Shown: positions 19,490 to 29,961, counted from the stretch's first letter. The stretch: DNA of 64,000 nucleotides from an uncultured Candidatus Saccharibacteria bacterium (GCA_964597145.1 CAZQWH010000004.1:195-64194), one strand, 5' to 3'. Numbers and translations are program-made. The notes: generated from the letters alone by a model not told the origin.

Positions 19490-20812
19490 ATGAAAACAGT
19501 CCGCTTGCTCGCTACCAACACCTTAGCCCAAATGATTGGCAAAGCTGCTACAGTGGGGTCAACTATTTTAATTGGCCGGATGATATCAAGCCCCGAAGGT
19601 TTAGGTAAGCCAGGGTTCGACGCATACACCATAATTGTAGCTTACGCCGCTTATTTCTATATCATTACCGATTTTGGTTTTAATGCAATTGCAACTAAGG
19701 CAATTACTGAGGAAGAGCAAAAGTCGGCTTCATACGTCTCCAATCTACTCGGCTTGCGCTTAGTGCTTTCCCTGGGCTTGATAATGGTTGGTTTAGCCGT
19801 TTTATCCTTTATTCCAGCTTATACGACGACTATTAAATTGGGCATTATCTTAATGCTGGTAACAATTGTTAGCCAGGCAATTTTCACCAATGGAAACATC
19901 TTATTTCAGGCTCGTATGCGCTATGTTCACTCAACCATAGCGGTGATAGTTGGCTCCGCGGTCTCGCTAGCTGCTGCATTTGTAGTCTACAGTATGAGCG
20001 GTAATGTATATGGCTACTTAGGAGCGATAGTGTTGGGTTCAATCGTAATGGCTGCTGTTTCGTTGGCCCAAGTGCGGGCTATGGTGCCAATTAAGATAAA
20101 ATTTGATTGGGATACGTGGCGTTATGTCAGCTTTGCCGCACTACCGTTAGGTATGACTATAGTCTTTAACCTACTGTACATTCGATCAGGCTTTTTTATT
20201 TTGAGTATTCATGACCCAGACTATTATGGGATTTATACCATGGCATACCGGGTGTTTGATGCAGTGCTCGTCTTGCCTGTGTTTGTGGTGAATGCGTTAT
20301 ACCCCATAATGGTGCAACGATTGCAACAAGGAAAGCCTGTGTTCAAGCGGTTGTTTATCCGCTCATTATTCGGTATGGCGACTGCCTCTTTATTGGTAAT
20401 GATAGCCATGTGGTTACTGGCTCCAGTAGCAATCTGGCTCAGCACGGCTAACCACGTATTTCATGAGGCAATCTCAGCCCTGCGGTGGTTAAGTATATTG
20501 GTTCCCATATTCTTTATCAGCAATATTATATTATGGACACTCATCACCTTAGGTCGGCGCAAACTATTACTCGTATTTTATGGCATTGGGGCAATAGTAA
20601 GTTTAGGCTTAAATATTTGGCTCATTCCTCAGTATGGGTATGTGGCTGCCATCGCGGCAACCGGGATTGTTGAAAGCCTGGTAACTCTATTAATGGGGAT
20701 GCAAGTTTGGCTGATTCTGCGCGAGAAAGACCTACCCCAACCAGTTGGACTACCGCCTGCAGAAGTAGCTGAGGCCAGTATGCATGCCCCAACAGGTGGT
20801 GACAGTTTATGA
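19490..20812 (+). CDS. Wzx-like polysaccharide flippase
   Basis: About 12 TMs, DFGF, LNIWLIPQYGYVAA. Confidence 0.88.
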   Translation: MKTVRLLATNTLAQMIGKAATVGSTILIGRMISSPEGLGKPGFDAYTIIVAYAAYFYIITDFGFNAIATKAITEEEQKSASYVSNLLGLRLVLSLGLIMVGLAVLSFIPAYTTTIKLGIILMLVTIVSQAIFTNGNILFQARMRYVHSTIAVIVGSAVSLAAAFVVYSMSGNVYGYLGAIVLGSIVMAAVSLAQVRAMVPIKIKFDWDTWRYVSFAALPLGMTIVFNLLYIRSGFFILSIHDPDYYGIYTMAYRVFDAVLVLPVFVVNALYPIMVQRLQQGKPVFKRLFIRSLFGMATASLLVMIAMWLLAPVAIWLSTANHVFHEAISALRWLSILVPIFFISNIILWTLITLGRRKLLLVFYGIGAIVSLGLNIWLIPQYGYVAAIAATGIVESLVTLLMGMQVWLILREKDLPQPVGLPPAEVAEASMHAPTGGDSL

Positions 20813-21960
20813 GTAAATCTGTTAAGCGAGTACTCTACATCGACCACACCCCGTTTGCCGGCGGTGCACAACTGGTGTTGGCCCAGCATATACAAGAGCT
20901 CGATCGGCAGCACTTTGATCCATATGTCATTTGTAGCAATACTGTCCCCGAGTTGATAGATAAATACAAGGCAGCTGGGGCCTTAGTTGAGGTAATTCAA
21001 TTTCCCCGCCTGCGTGGCTTTAGTCCAATCGCTATAGGGCAATTTGTACAGGCCATCCGCAGAGTCAGGCACATCATCCATCACCACCAGATTAACTTAG
21101 TTGTATCAAATACCACGCGAGCGTCGTATGTTGCTACTCTCGCGACATGGAAAACGAACACTCCTGTTATATGGTGGGTACGTGATTTTTTATACCCTCG
21201 GCTGCTATTTAAGCTGCTACGGCCAATGGTGGCTAAAGTGATCTTTGTGTCTAAGGCTGTCCAGGCAGCCTACATGACGACAAATGACCCTAAGGCCAAA
21301 GTTGTCTATGTGGCCAGTTCGATGTACAAGCAACTGCCACAAGTTCGTCAGGCTCAAATTGTAGCCGAGAAGCAGCGGTGGGGTATTACTCAGGATGAAA
21401 TAGTTGTGGGATTTATGGGGCGTCTAGTTGCCGACAAGGGGGTAGAGGAGGTGGTAGCGGCTGCGCGCCTAGTGCGTCAAGCTAAAGGTAAGGTTAAATT
21501 TTTAATTGTCGGCACCGGAAAAAACCAAATGAATAATGTCGAAGATGCAACTCGACGGTTAATTGCTCAGCAGGGGCTAGAAAGTACCGTCATTATGACC
21601 GGGTATCAGAGCAATGAGCCGTTATACTATTCGTTGTTTGATATCTTTGTTTTACCCACCCGAGATGGTGAGCCATTTGCAACCAGTGTTATTCAAGCAA
21701 TGATGGCTGGCAACGCGGTTATCGGCTCTAGTGCCGGAGGAACTCCTGAGTTGGTAGTTAATAGGGAGACTGGCTTGCTTTTTGACCCTCGTAACGCCTC
21801 TCAATTGGCGCAGGCAATTACCACGTTAGCCAAAGACACGTCGTTGCGTCATAAATTAGCCCAAACAGGAAAGCAGCGCGTGCTACAATATCACCGGGAA
21901 GAAACAGTAACCGATCAAATCGAAGACATTTTTAAACAGGTTTTAAAACCCCGCGGGTAA
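20809..21960 (+). CDS. Glycosyltransferase family 4
   Basis: GGAQ, GFMGRLVADKG, EPFATSVIQAM, GGTPE. Confidence 0.92.
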   Translation: MSKSVKRVLYIDHTPFAGGAQLVLAQHIQELDRQHFDPYVICSNTVPELIDKYKAAGALVEVIQFPRLRGFSPIAIGQFVQAIRRVRHIIHHHQINLVVSNTTRASYVATLATWKTNTPVIWWVRDFLYPRLLFKLLRPMVAKVIFVSKAVQAAYMTTNDPKAKVVYVASSMYKQLPQVRQAQIVAEKQRWGITQDEIVVGFMGRLVADKGVEEVVAAARLVRQAKGKVKFLIVGTGKNQMNNVEDATRRLIAQQGLESTVIMTGYQSNEPLYYSLFDIFVLPTRDGEPFATSVIQAMMAGNAVIGSSAGGTPELVVNRETGLLFDPRNASQLAQAITTLAKDTSLRHKLAQTGKQRVLQYHREETVTDQIEDIFKQVLKPRG

Positions 21961-21979
21961 GCGCCCCAAATTAATCTCT

Positions 21980-23254
21980 ATGGTAGTAAGTCAATTTATC
22001 GCCATTATAGTACTAATAACCGCCTCTTTAGGCCAATTAAACCGCCTCTTTATCGGCGATGCCGAAGGCGTAGTACTCTACGCCAACGATATCTTAGTCG
22101 GAATATTAGCAGTTCTCTATTTAGGCCACGCCCTAATTGTTCGTCGCTCCTGGGTGGTACCGCCGGTTATAACCAGTCTCTGGCTATTTTTAGTAGTAGG
22201 CACATTCGGGCTAGCCTTAAGCTGGACATCTCTGGGCGGGTCGGAGCTTGTGGTGAGTTTGTCATATTGGGTGCGCTACCTCTGTTATTCTTTCTTATTT
22301 TTTGTGGTATTCGATGCCATAGTTTACGCTCGCACACAATCAGAGAGACGGTATCAAATACAGCGATGGGCGGTTTGGATACTGGTTGCTGCCTCCCTCA
22401 TGGCAGTAAGTGGTTTTATCCAACTTTACCTGCTGCCAGACTTAGCAATCTTGGCTCAGTATGGATGGGATCCACACAGCGGTAGATTAACCACGGCAAT
22501 GCTCGATCCCAATTATGCCGGAACCTATCTTAGTATGATGGCAGCTGTGGCCGTCAGTCTATTCTTATATATAGAAAATCTTCGTTGGCGGTGGATCCTA
22601 GCGGTCCTAATCATCATTCTCACCTTGGCTGTTTTACTCACCTACTCTCGTAGCGGGTATGTAACGTTAGCCATCGCTCTAGGTATAATTGCGCTCATAA
22701 AGTCACGATGGCTGCTCATAGTCGGGCTCGTAATAGCGGTTATGGCGTATGCTACAGTACCGAGAATTCAGGAGCGTATCCAAGGGGCACTAGAGATCGA
22801 CGCCTCTGCCTCCCCCCGAATTATTTCTTGGCAAAATTCTCTCTATATTGCTGGGCAAAATCTACCTTTCGGCGTCGGATTTAATAGCTACCGCTTTGCC
22901 CAAGATCGCTATGGCATCCTCAGTTTAGAAGAAAGCGGTAACGCGGGTGCTGGAGGTGATTCTAGTTGGCTGTTCATCTTAGCTACCACTGGTGTCTTTG
23001 GCTCAATCGCCTTTATGGTCATGTATCTTGGGTTTGCTTGGTTTAGTTGGAGAGGACTACTGCTGGCTAAATTGCCACTCGAAAAAGCGTTATGCTTAAG
23101 TGCTTTAGCCATCTTGGCTGGGTTAGGTATAGCCAGTCAGTTTAATAATGCGTTGTTCTACACCTGGATTGTGGAATTGTTTTGGGTGATGATGGGGTTA
23201 ATAATGGCTATAAACCAGTTCGTTACACCTTCGTCGGAGTCGTCTCGTGCTTAA
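21980..23254 (+). CDS. O-antigen ligase (Wzy_C)-family membrane protein
   Basis: RLTTAMLDPN, LTYSRSG, SPRIISW, FGVGFN; polytopic. Confidence 0.85.
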   Translation: MVVSQFIAIIVLITASLGQLNRLFIGDAEGVVLYANDILVGILAVLYLGHALIVRRSWVVPPVITSLWLFLVVGTFGLALSWTSLGGSELVVSLSYWVRYLCYSFLFFVVFDAIVYARTQSERRYQIQRWAVWILVAASLMAVSGFIQLYLLPDLAILAQYGWDPHSGRLTTAMLDPNYAGTYLSMMAAVAVSLFLYIENLRWRWILAVLIIILTLAVLLTYSRSGYVTLAIALGIIALIKSRWLLIVGLVIAVMAYATVPRIQERIQGALEIDASASPRIISWQNSLYIAGQNLPFGVGFNSYRFAQDRYGILSLEESGNAGAGGDSSWLFILATTGVFGSIAFMVMYLGFAWFSWRGLLLAKLPLEKALCLSALAILAGLGIASQFNNALFYTWIVELFWVMMGLIMAINQFVTPSSESSRA

Positions 23255-24548
23255 ATCTATTATCCTCTTAGGATTGTGTCTAACCATGGTGGTATTACCA
23301 TGGTACATTGTACGGTTCAGGTTGTTTGGTGTGCCAGTTACCTTGCTCGAATGTGTTGCCATATTCACTATTGCCGTCTGGGGTTTGAACCAAGCAATTC
23401 ACCTGTATCAAACCGGGTTATTTGCCTCGATAGCTCAGCTTATTCGCTGGGCGAGACAATCCTGGCTAGTCATTCTCCCTGTGGGTCTTTTCCTCATTGC
23501 TGCAACCTTTGCCGTCCTAATTAGCCCCAATCTGACCGCTGCTTTAGGTATTTACAAAGCGTACATTATCGAGCCGGTATTGTTGGCTATAGTGGTGTGG
23601 TCAACCGTTGACCGAGAACGAGATCTAAGATTAGTGGTGGGTTCCATGCTCATAGCTGCTGCACAGGTCTCCTTGCTCGCGATTAGTCAGTATGTTTGGG
23701 GTTGGCCCAACTTTGCCCCAGACGAACTATCTCAGGGGCGCTCAAGCGCGATGTATAACACAGCCAATGCCGTTGGGCTATTTGTTGGCCCACTCACGCT
23801 TCTAGCTACTTCTATAGCAATAGGTTGGTGGCATAAGAGTCGTCTTATTAGCGGAGGGTTAGGGCTTATAGCCTGCTTAGGCTGCAGCGCCATCGTTCTA
23901 TCACGCTCAGATGGGGCAATGGTAGCCATACTTGGTTCTATACTCTTTGCCTCGACACTATTGGTTGCTAAACGATTCGGCTGGTTGCAGGGCCAAATAT
24001 GGGTAAGAGTAGCGGGTGCGGGGGGGCTAGTTTATATGATCGTTACCATAATATTTATGCTGTGGTTTAATCATCCGCCGCAGGTAACCAACCCTTACAC
24101 AAGACCGGGATTTAGCACTTTTACCGTGAGGCAATGTACATGGCAAGGCACTATCAATCTGTTAGCCGAACGCCCAATTACTGGTAGTGGTCTAGCTAAT
24201 TTTTCCACTTCATATGTCAAGCATGCCACCTGCGATGCAGAGCCATTAGTATATCCTCATAATTTTATTTTAAATTTCTGGACCGAAACCGGGTTACTTG
24301 GCTTACTCTCTATTATGGGAATAGCCATTGGGTGGTTGTATGTAAGTGGCAAATTAGTACTGTGTTCTGGTCGATATACGTGGTTGGGGCTGGGACTGTG
24401 TCTTAGTCTGGTTTATTGGCTCATTCACGGATTAGTTGATGTGCCGTATTTTAAAAATGATTTATCTATAGCATGGTGGGTGCTGTTTAGTATAACTCTG
24501 TTAGCCAAAGTTAAGTTGCAAGCCAGTATAGTACCAGCGAGAGCCTAG
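23247..24548 (+). CDS. O-antigen ligase (Wzy_C)-family membrane protein
   Basis: SRSDGA, PITGSGLANF, YPHNFILNFWTETGLLG, HGLVD. Confidence 0.88.
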   Translation: MLKSIILLGLCLTMVVLPWYIVRFRLFGVPVTLLECVAIFTIAVWGLNQAIHLYQTGLFASIAQLIRWARQSWLVILPVGLFLIAATFAVLISPNLTAALGIYKAYIIEPVLLAIVVWSTVDRERDLRLVVGSMLIAAAQVSLLAISQYVWGWPNFAPDELSQGRSSAMYNTANAVGLFVGPLTLLATSIAIGWWHKSRLISGGLGLIACLGCSAIVLSRSDGAMVAILGSILFASTLLVAKRFGWLQGQIWVRVAGAGGLVYMIVTIIFMLWFNHPPQVTNPYTRPGFSTFTVRQCTWQGTINLLAERPITGSGLANFSTSYVKHATCDAEPLVYPHNFILNFWTETGLLGLLSIMGIAIGWLYVSGKLVLCSGRYTWLGLGLCLSLVYWLIHGLVDVPYFKNDLSIAWWVLFSITLLAKVKLQASIVPARA

Positions 24549-25309
24549 TTAGATTCAGCAGCCGTCTCGTCTGACTCTCCAGAGTAGGTAATGGAACGTT
24601 CAATTTTACGCGAATTATCGGCCATATCTTTGGCTATAATTTCAATACGATTTTCACCTGAGTCGAGTTGAATAACCTGGCTAAAAACTCCATCGCTAGC
24701 CACAACTGCTTGGCGCTGATTAATAGTAACTTTGGCACTGGACTCAGTCTTGCCCTTGACGGTTAACTCTTGTTTGTCGGTTTGACTAGAGATTTCTTGG
24801 AGTAATACCAAGCTGGGCGGTGTAGCATCATACACTATCTCGGTTGATTTAGACTGTCGACTTTTATTGCCCGCTGCATCTTGGGCGATTGCGGTGACGG
24901 TATTTTTACCACCTTCTAATTGGGCCTCACCAGAGAATTGGCCATCTTTGTCGGTCAGAGCCGAAAAGGCTTCCTTGTCATTAATATACACGGTAACTGT
25001 AGAGCCGCTCTCAGCGGTACCAGATACGTTTAAAGAACGGGTGTTTACCTGGTCGGGTTGGCTATTGAGCCGAGGTGCGGCCGGGGCAACATTATCAGCG
25101 CTCCCCAATGGCGTAATCTGGTCGTCACTACTACCATTACCTAGATTGGCCAATAAAGGCACACCTAAAAAGTATCCACCAACAATAAGAGCGATTACGA
25201 GTAAGGTGGCTAAAGTTATGCGGCGGTAAGCCGAAACCTCTTCCTGTCGCAAACTGCGTTTAGCGCTATAGCTATAGAATGAATTAGTTGAACGTTTCCT
25301 GTTAGCCAT
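24545..25309 (-). CDS. Membrane-anchored bacterial Ig-like domain protein
   Basis: TM followed by two repeats of G-T-E-S-x-x-V-T..N..G-x-F..G-x-N..A-x-D-x-A-x-N. Confidence 0.8.
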   Translation of the reverse strand: MANRKRSTNSFYSYSAKRSLRQEEVSAYRRITLATLLVIALIVGGYFLGVPLLANLGNGSSDDQITPLGSADNVAPAAPRLNSQPDQVNTRSLNVSGTAESGSTVTVYINDKEAFSALTDKDGQFSGEAQLEGGKNTVTAIAQDAAGNKSRQSKSTEIVYDATPPSLVLLQEISSQTDKQELTVKGKTESSAKVTINQRQAVVASDGVFSQVIQLDSGENRIEIIAKDMADNSRKIERSITYSGESDETAAESN

Positions 25310-25363
25310 ATGTACATTAATACTACATGTATATTGTATCAAATTGAAGCATTTGTTTGCCGA

Positions 25364-25636
25364 TTAATCTGCTAGTGTGGCTGAAGGCGAAACTTGAGGT
25401 GTCGGTTGAACAAATTGTTGGCCATCGGTAGTAACGCAGACAGCCGGATATTTCTCCTGAATGATACTACTAGGTACATGGGTACACTCATCGTAACTGC
25501 CTACCGCCACTGGTCTTTGCAACACCGGCTGCATAATCCCAATATAAACAATAGCAATCACGGCCAAAAGCAGGGCAGTTAAATAAATGCCAGGATGCTG
25601 GTTAAAATCATGAGGAAGGAGGGTAAGCTTTGGCAT
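25364..25636 (-). CDS. Small membrane-anchored hypothetical protein
   Basis: TM plus SYDEC..QEKYPAVC..DGQQF two-Cys module. Confidence 0.7.
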   Translation of the reverse strand: MPKLTLLPHDFNQHPGIYLTALLLAVIAIVYIGIMQPVLQRPVAVGSYDECTHVPSSIIQEKYPAVCVTTDGQQFVQPTPQVSPSATLAD

Positions 25637-25646
25637 GTTAATACAA

Positions 25647-26189
25647 TTAAAGTAATCCTAATGCTTCTAAACCAAGATATCCAGTAGCAATATCGGTTAA
25701 TTGACCAGCCTTCAAATGCTGTTTAAATTGATCCAAATCCATAGTGATTACTTGAGTGAATTCGTGTTCGTCATTATGAATCTCAACCGTTTTAATACAG
25801 TTACGTGCAACAAAGTGATAACGATGAGCAGTGAAGTAGGCGTCGATGGGTGTTTGGGTAATTAGGGAGAGTTCGCCTGTATAGCCGGTTTCTTCGGCTA
25901 ATTCGCGTTGGGCGGCATGAAGCGGATCTTCACCATTCTCGATGCCTCCACCCGGAAGTTCATTAAGGATTTGACCAGGGCCCGGCCTAAACTGGCGGGC
26001 CAAGATAATCTGCTGATCGAGAGTAATAGCTAAAATGCAACACGCATCACGCTCTTGAATAAGGTCAAAATCAACTGCTTTATTAGCCTGAGTTAAGTAT
26101 TGGCGACGGACAACCTTGCGATAGCCGTCGTAGACCACCCGCTCATCTAAGTTTTGCCACTTCCTAATAGAAACATCCTTAGTTGGCAT
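25647..26189 (-). CDS. NUDIX hydrolase (ADP-ribose pyrophosphatase-like)
   Basis: RQFRPG, ELPGG-x3-GE-x5-AQRELAEETGY. Confidence 0.9.
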   Translation of the reverse strand: MPTKDVSIRKWQNLDERVVYDGYRKVVRRQYLTQANKAVDFDLIQERDACCILAITLDQQIILARQFRPGPGQILNELPGGGIENGEDPLHAAQRELAEETGYTGELSLITQTPIDAYFTAHRYHFVARNCIKTVEIHNDEHEFTQVITMDLDQFKQHLKAGQLTDIATGYLGLEALGLL

Positions 26190-26203
26190 AATTCACCTAC
26201 TTT

Positions 26204-26542
26204 CTAATAGAGCCGACTACCGTTCGGGACGGACAAGTCTGGTTGAAGTAAGACTACCATGCCATCATGGTTGTCACAGCCGGTTGTAAGCACTTCCGAG
26301 ATAAACGACCCAATTTGCTTGGGCTGAAAATTACAAACACATAAAACCTGTCTGCCCAACAGTGATTCCTTAGTGTATAGCTGGGTAATCTGAGCACTAG
26401 AATGCTTGTGACCAATATTAGATCCTAAATCAATTGTTAACCTATAAGCTGGCTTGTGCGCTTCAGGAAAGTCATGGACGGCGATAATTGTGCCGACACG
26501 TAAATCAATCTTTTCAAAGTCGGGATAGGAGATCGTAGACAT
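26204..26542 (-). CDS. csaA: tRNA-binding protein / chaperone CsaA
   Basis: DLRVGTI, KPAY, SSAQIT, NFQPKQIG, SEVL, PNGSRL. Confidence 0.88.
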   Translation of the reverse strand: MSTISYPDFEKIDLRVGTIIAVHDFPEAHKPAYRLTIDLGSNIGHKHSSAQITQLYTKESLLGRQVLCVCNFQPKQIGSFISEVLTTGCDNHDGMVVLLQPDLSVPNGSRLY

Positions 26543-26598
26543 AGAAACAGCCTCGGTAAGTAAGGATAGAAATCGAACCTCAATTAATCACAAACCTC

Positions 26599-26673
26599 TG
26601 GAGCTGATGGAGGGAATTGAACCCCCGACCCATGCTTTACGAAAGCATTGCTCTACCCCTGAGCTACATCAGC
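26599..26673 (-). tRNA. tRNA-Thr(CGT)
   Basis: Cloverleaf GCTGATG..CATCAGC-TCCA; anticodon arm ATGCT-TTCGTAA-AGCAT. Confidence 0.96.
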
Positions 26674-26762
26674 ACGATGAGTAATATGTATTATGTCGTA
26701 TGTAGGACGTATTTGCAAAATTATTTTCGTCCTAATTTTTACCTTTAAAAAGACCCGAATTA

Positions 26763-26944
26763 CTATGATCGAGCGGTCTTCAGCCAGTCAGTAACCTCAA
26801 AACCTAGTGTAATCAGTGGCGGATTATACGTTGGGTCAACGATGTGACCCATTCGCCATCAATTCCTATCTCCAGGCAATCACGGTGATTGATTTGTTGC
26901 GGAATAAATCGCACCTCAGCTGGATAACCCTTAAGTTGATACAT
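26763..26944 (-). pseudogene. Decayed fragment, possibly of a transglutaminase-like gene
   Basis: NHRDCLEIGIDGEWV / frameshift / IVDPTYNPPLITLGFEVTDW. Confidence 0.4.
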
Positions 26945-26988
26945 TCATGCTCTATAGTGACATCGATGTGATTCTTTTGGCGACGCAA

Positions 26989-27534
26989 TTACAGGTTAGT
27001 TGCATCCGATAATTTTATTCTAACCTTTTCCGTCATTGAGCTCGTGCTCACGTAAGCCAAGACATCTACATCGGGGTCATAAAGTTCAAGCATGTCTAAA
27101 TCATTTCTCGGAAAGACCCTTGCCCCTTTGATCGGCTCTTTATCTAATAAAGATTGCTTTAGCTTTGAATATGCATCGGGTTCCAGATAAAAATCAATAT
27201 CACCAACATGGTGGCGGTATGGGTCGGGTCGACGAATATACAGGTGGGCATAAGTGGCTTCTGGGATACCATTGCGTGACGGGATAACTATCGGGCGAAG
27301 TAAGGTAAAGTATTTTTGATCGGGGTTGTCCGAAGGCTCAGTCAGTTCGCTTCGGAGGGAGATTAGGTACTGGTACTCATCTTCGTAGTGGCAAAATATA
27401 CCAACATTCCCGGCATTCGGCAAGTAATTTCCGAGCGACTGCTGGCATAGCTTGTAACATTCAGTGTGGATGTGGTTAAGGGCCGCTACAAGCTCTTCCT
27501 TGCCACTAATTGGACTAAATCGATAAAGCTTCAT
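26989..27534 (-). CDS. Hypothetical protein
   Basis: 181-aa intact ORF between two tRNAs; no recognised motif. Confidence 0.75.
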   Translation of the reverse strand: MKLYRFSPISGKEELVAALNHIHTECYKLCQQSLGNYLPNAGNVGIFCHYEDEYQYLISLRSELTEPSDNPDQKYFTLLRPIVIPSRNGIPEATYAHLYIRRPDPYRHHVGDIDFYLEPDAYSKLKQSLLDKEPIKGARVFPRNDLDMLELYDPDVDVLAYVSTSSMTEKVRIKLSDATNL

Positions 27535-27547
27535 AATCTAAAACCTA

Positions 27548-27622
27548 TGGAGCGGGAGACGAGACTCGAACTCGCGATCTCTTCCTTGGGAAGGAAGCAT
27601 TCTACCACTGAACTACTCCCGC
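27548..27622 (-). tRNA. tRNA-Gly(CCC)
   Basis: GCGGGAG..CTCCCGC-TCCA; anticodon arm CTTCC-TTCCCAA-GGAAG. Confidence 0.96.
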
Positions 27623-27699
27623 ATCTGACGCTAGCCTAGTATAGCGCAGACAGCAATACACATTCTAGTAGTTTAGCCTAGTCTAGTATACTTAAGCTT

Positions 27700-28470
27700 T
27701 TAGAGTAACTCAGGAATATAGAGCACATTCCCGGCATGAACCAGTGGTCGACCATTAGGAAGTTGTCCAATCTGGTTATGAGGGTCGTTAAATATAACTT
27801 CCCATTTATCTCCATTGCCATAGACACTCTGGGCAATACTCCACAAGGTGTCACCATGTTGGACCGTATATGTTTGAATGGCAGTCGAAGGGGTCTCTCG
27901 AAGTTCTTGTACTCCAGCCACATCAGACTCGGTATTGCTTGCAATGGTGTCTTCATTTCGTATCGGCTGTTGAGATATCGCAGCACTGTCGGGAATGTTT
28001 AATACTTGACCAATCTCAACAGTTGGCTGTCCATGAGCATTCACGTTCAATTCGTTAGCATCGCGAATCTTGGTCCAATCAAAACCGCTACCATATACCT
28101 TTTCCGCTATAGACCATAGCGAATCACCAGATACAACAGTATACTGTCCTTCAGTAGATTCCGATTCAGATGGTGAATTAGTATCCTGTTGGTCTTCGGT
28201 AGCCTGCTGATTATCAGCCTCGTCGCCTTCTTGTTGCTCCGACTGGTTAGTTACCTCTGGGGTGTTGGAGTGTTGGAAATAATTATAAATAAGTAAACCG
28301 CTGGCAATAATCAGCAATCCTACGAGAATAGTAGCCAGTTGGGACTGCTTCTCGTTTTGACCGCCGTTTTGACCGGATGTTTGTGGTTCAGATTGAGGTG
28401 TATCGGTATGAGCTTTTAGCTCGTTTTCCTGAGTAGTTGCGGTGGCGGTCTTTTTTGCACGTGTAGCCAT
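27700..28470 (-). CDS. Membrane-anchored protein with two LysM domains
   Basis: YTVVSGDSLWSIA..YG and YTVQHGDTLWSIA..YG. Confidence 0.92.
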   Translation of the reverse strand: MATRAKKTATATTQENELKAHTDTPQSEPQTSGQNGGQNEKQSQLATILVGLLIIASGLLIYNYFQHSNTPEVTNQSEQQEGDEADNQQATEDQQDTNSPSESESTEGQYTVVSGDSLWSIAEKVYGSGFDWTKIRDANELNVNAHGQPTVEIGQVLNIPDSAAISQQPIRNEDTIASNTESDVAGVQELRETPSTAIQTYTVQHGDTLWSIAQSVYGNGDKWEVIFNDPHNQIGQLPNGRPLVHAGNVLYIPELL

Positions 28471-28922
28471 AAGTTAGATTAACTAGCACATCCTTCGCAT
28501 ATAAAAAATTGTGGGCAGGGGCAGAGATAAATTAAATTTTATATAAACGAAGGGGTTACTAAACTCCTTGTTTTTTAAAATTCACAGATAACTATATCTG
28601 AATATACCAACACTATAGACTATTTCCAATCTCGACGCAAGACCGAGTTTGGCAGGTTCATTTAATTATTGTGCATTGAATAATTAAAATCCCAAGGGCA
28701 AGCTGATGAAATAAAAAACGCTTCTCATGTAATTGAATCTCTTAACCCTGTTTTTAACTAAAAACAATCAAGTGTACTGGTCAATAAGTTTACATGACCC
28801 CATCTCACAATCGAATTGGCCAGCATTAAAAAGTCTAATAGGTTAGATGTATAGCCCTATTACTGAACTCCGATGCCCCGTATTTATTCACATAAAAGCG
28901 GCCCATCCTTACAGATTCAACA

Positions 28923-28960
28923 AAGGGTTAACCATCCTCAAATGAGAATGCTTAACCCTT
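28923..28960 (-). terminator. Hairpin directly after tRNA-Asp
   Basis: AAGGGTTAA..TTAACCCTT inverted repeat. Confidence 0.6.
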
Positions 28961-29036
28961 GGCGGACCCGAGCGGATTCGAACCGCCGATCTCTTCCGTG
29001 ACAGGGAAGCGTGTTAGGCCTCTACACCACGGGTCC
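28960..29036 (-). tRNA. tRNA-Asp(GTC)
   Basis: GGACCCG..CGGGTCC-GCCA; anticodon loop CTGTCAC; TTGACT-N17-TACATT upstream. Confidence 0.96.
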
Positions 29037-29370
29037 ATAAATAACCTGGATAATGTATCAGATTACCACCTCAGAGTCAATAACATAATTTTGCTTACTC
29101 ATAGTAGTATCTAAACACAAAAGGAGTTCAAATAAAGAATAGTAATTTATTTGAGTAGAATATATATACAAATATATAAAATGAATAAATATGTTGTACA
29201 ATAAACAATAATTTGCATATATAAAAGTATACTAGATATAGATGTAATAAAATAGGGAAGCAAACCGGTTTGACGTCTTGTATCTGGAATAAAGGTTTGT
29301 TATGATTAACTATAAAATAAAGGCTATAAATTAATTTATAGCCTCCGTAGCCCTACAAGGAGGCATGCAG

Positions 29371-29961
29371 ATGGGACTATCAACCATAGTTTTACTGGTT
29401 ATTGGTGGCTTAATTATTGTCGTAATCTTATTTCTCTGGATTACCTATAACTCTCTGGTGACATTAAAAGCTCGCGTGGATGAAGCTTGGTCGGGGATCG
29501 ATGTACAGCTTAAGCGCCGCTCAAGTCTAATTCCCAACCTAATCGAAACCGTTAAAGGGTATGCAGCACATGAAAAAGAGGTTTTGAGTCAGGTAACCGA
29601 AGCCCGATCGGCTTTAATGAATGCGGGCACCCCAGCCGAAAAAGCCGCGGCCGACAATGTTTTAAGTGGAACGCTAAAGTCGTTGTTCGCCGTGTCAGAG
29701 GCCTACCCGGACTTAAAGGCCAACCAAAATTTCTTAAGCTTACAACGTGACCTGTCTGATACCGAAGATAAGATTGCCTATGCGCGTCAGTTCTATAACT
29801 CAAATGCCATGGAATACAACGTTAAGACCAAGGTATTCCCTAATGTCTTAATTGCGAATTCGTTTGGGTTTAAAGAGGTTGAGTTTTATGAAGCCGAAGC
29901 TCAAGACCGAGAGGATATTAAAGTATCTTTTGAACCCTCGTCTCAACCGGCAAATGAGTGA
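29371..29961 (+). CDS. lemA: LemA family protein
   Basis: WSGIDVQLKRR, LIPNL, YAAHEK, EAYPDLKAN, ARQFYN; SD AAGGAGG. Confidence 0.95.
   Translation: MGLSTIVLLVIGGLIIVVILFLWITYNSLVTLKARVDEAWSGIDVQLKRRSSLIPNLIETVKGYAAHEKEVLSQVTEARSALMNAGTPAEKAAADNVLSGTLKSLFAVSEAYPDLKANQNFLSLQRDLSDTEDKIAYARQFYNSNAMEYNVKTKVFPNVLIANSFGFKEVEFYEAEAQDREDIKVSFEPSSQPANE

Noticed and set aside
28510-28920. Group I intron splitting a tRNA
   Set aside because: No matching 5' tRNA half and no convincing P7 (R/S) elements were found.
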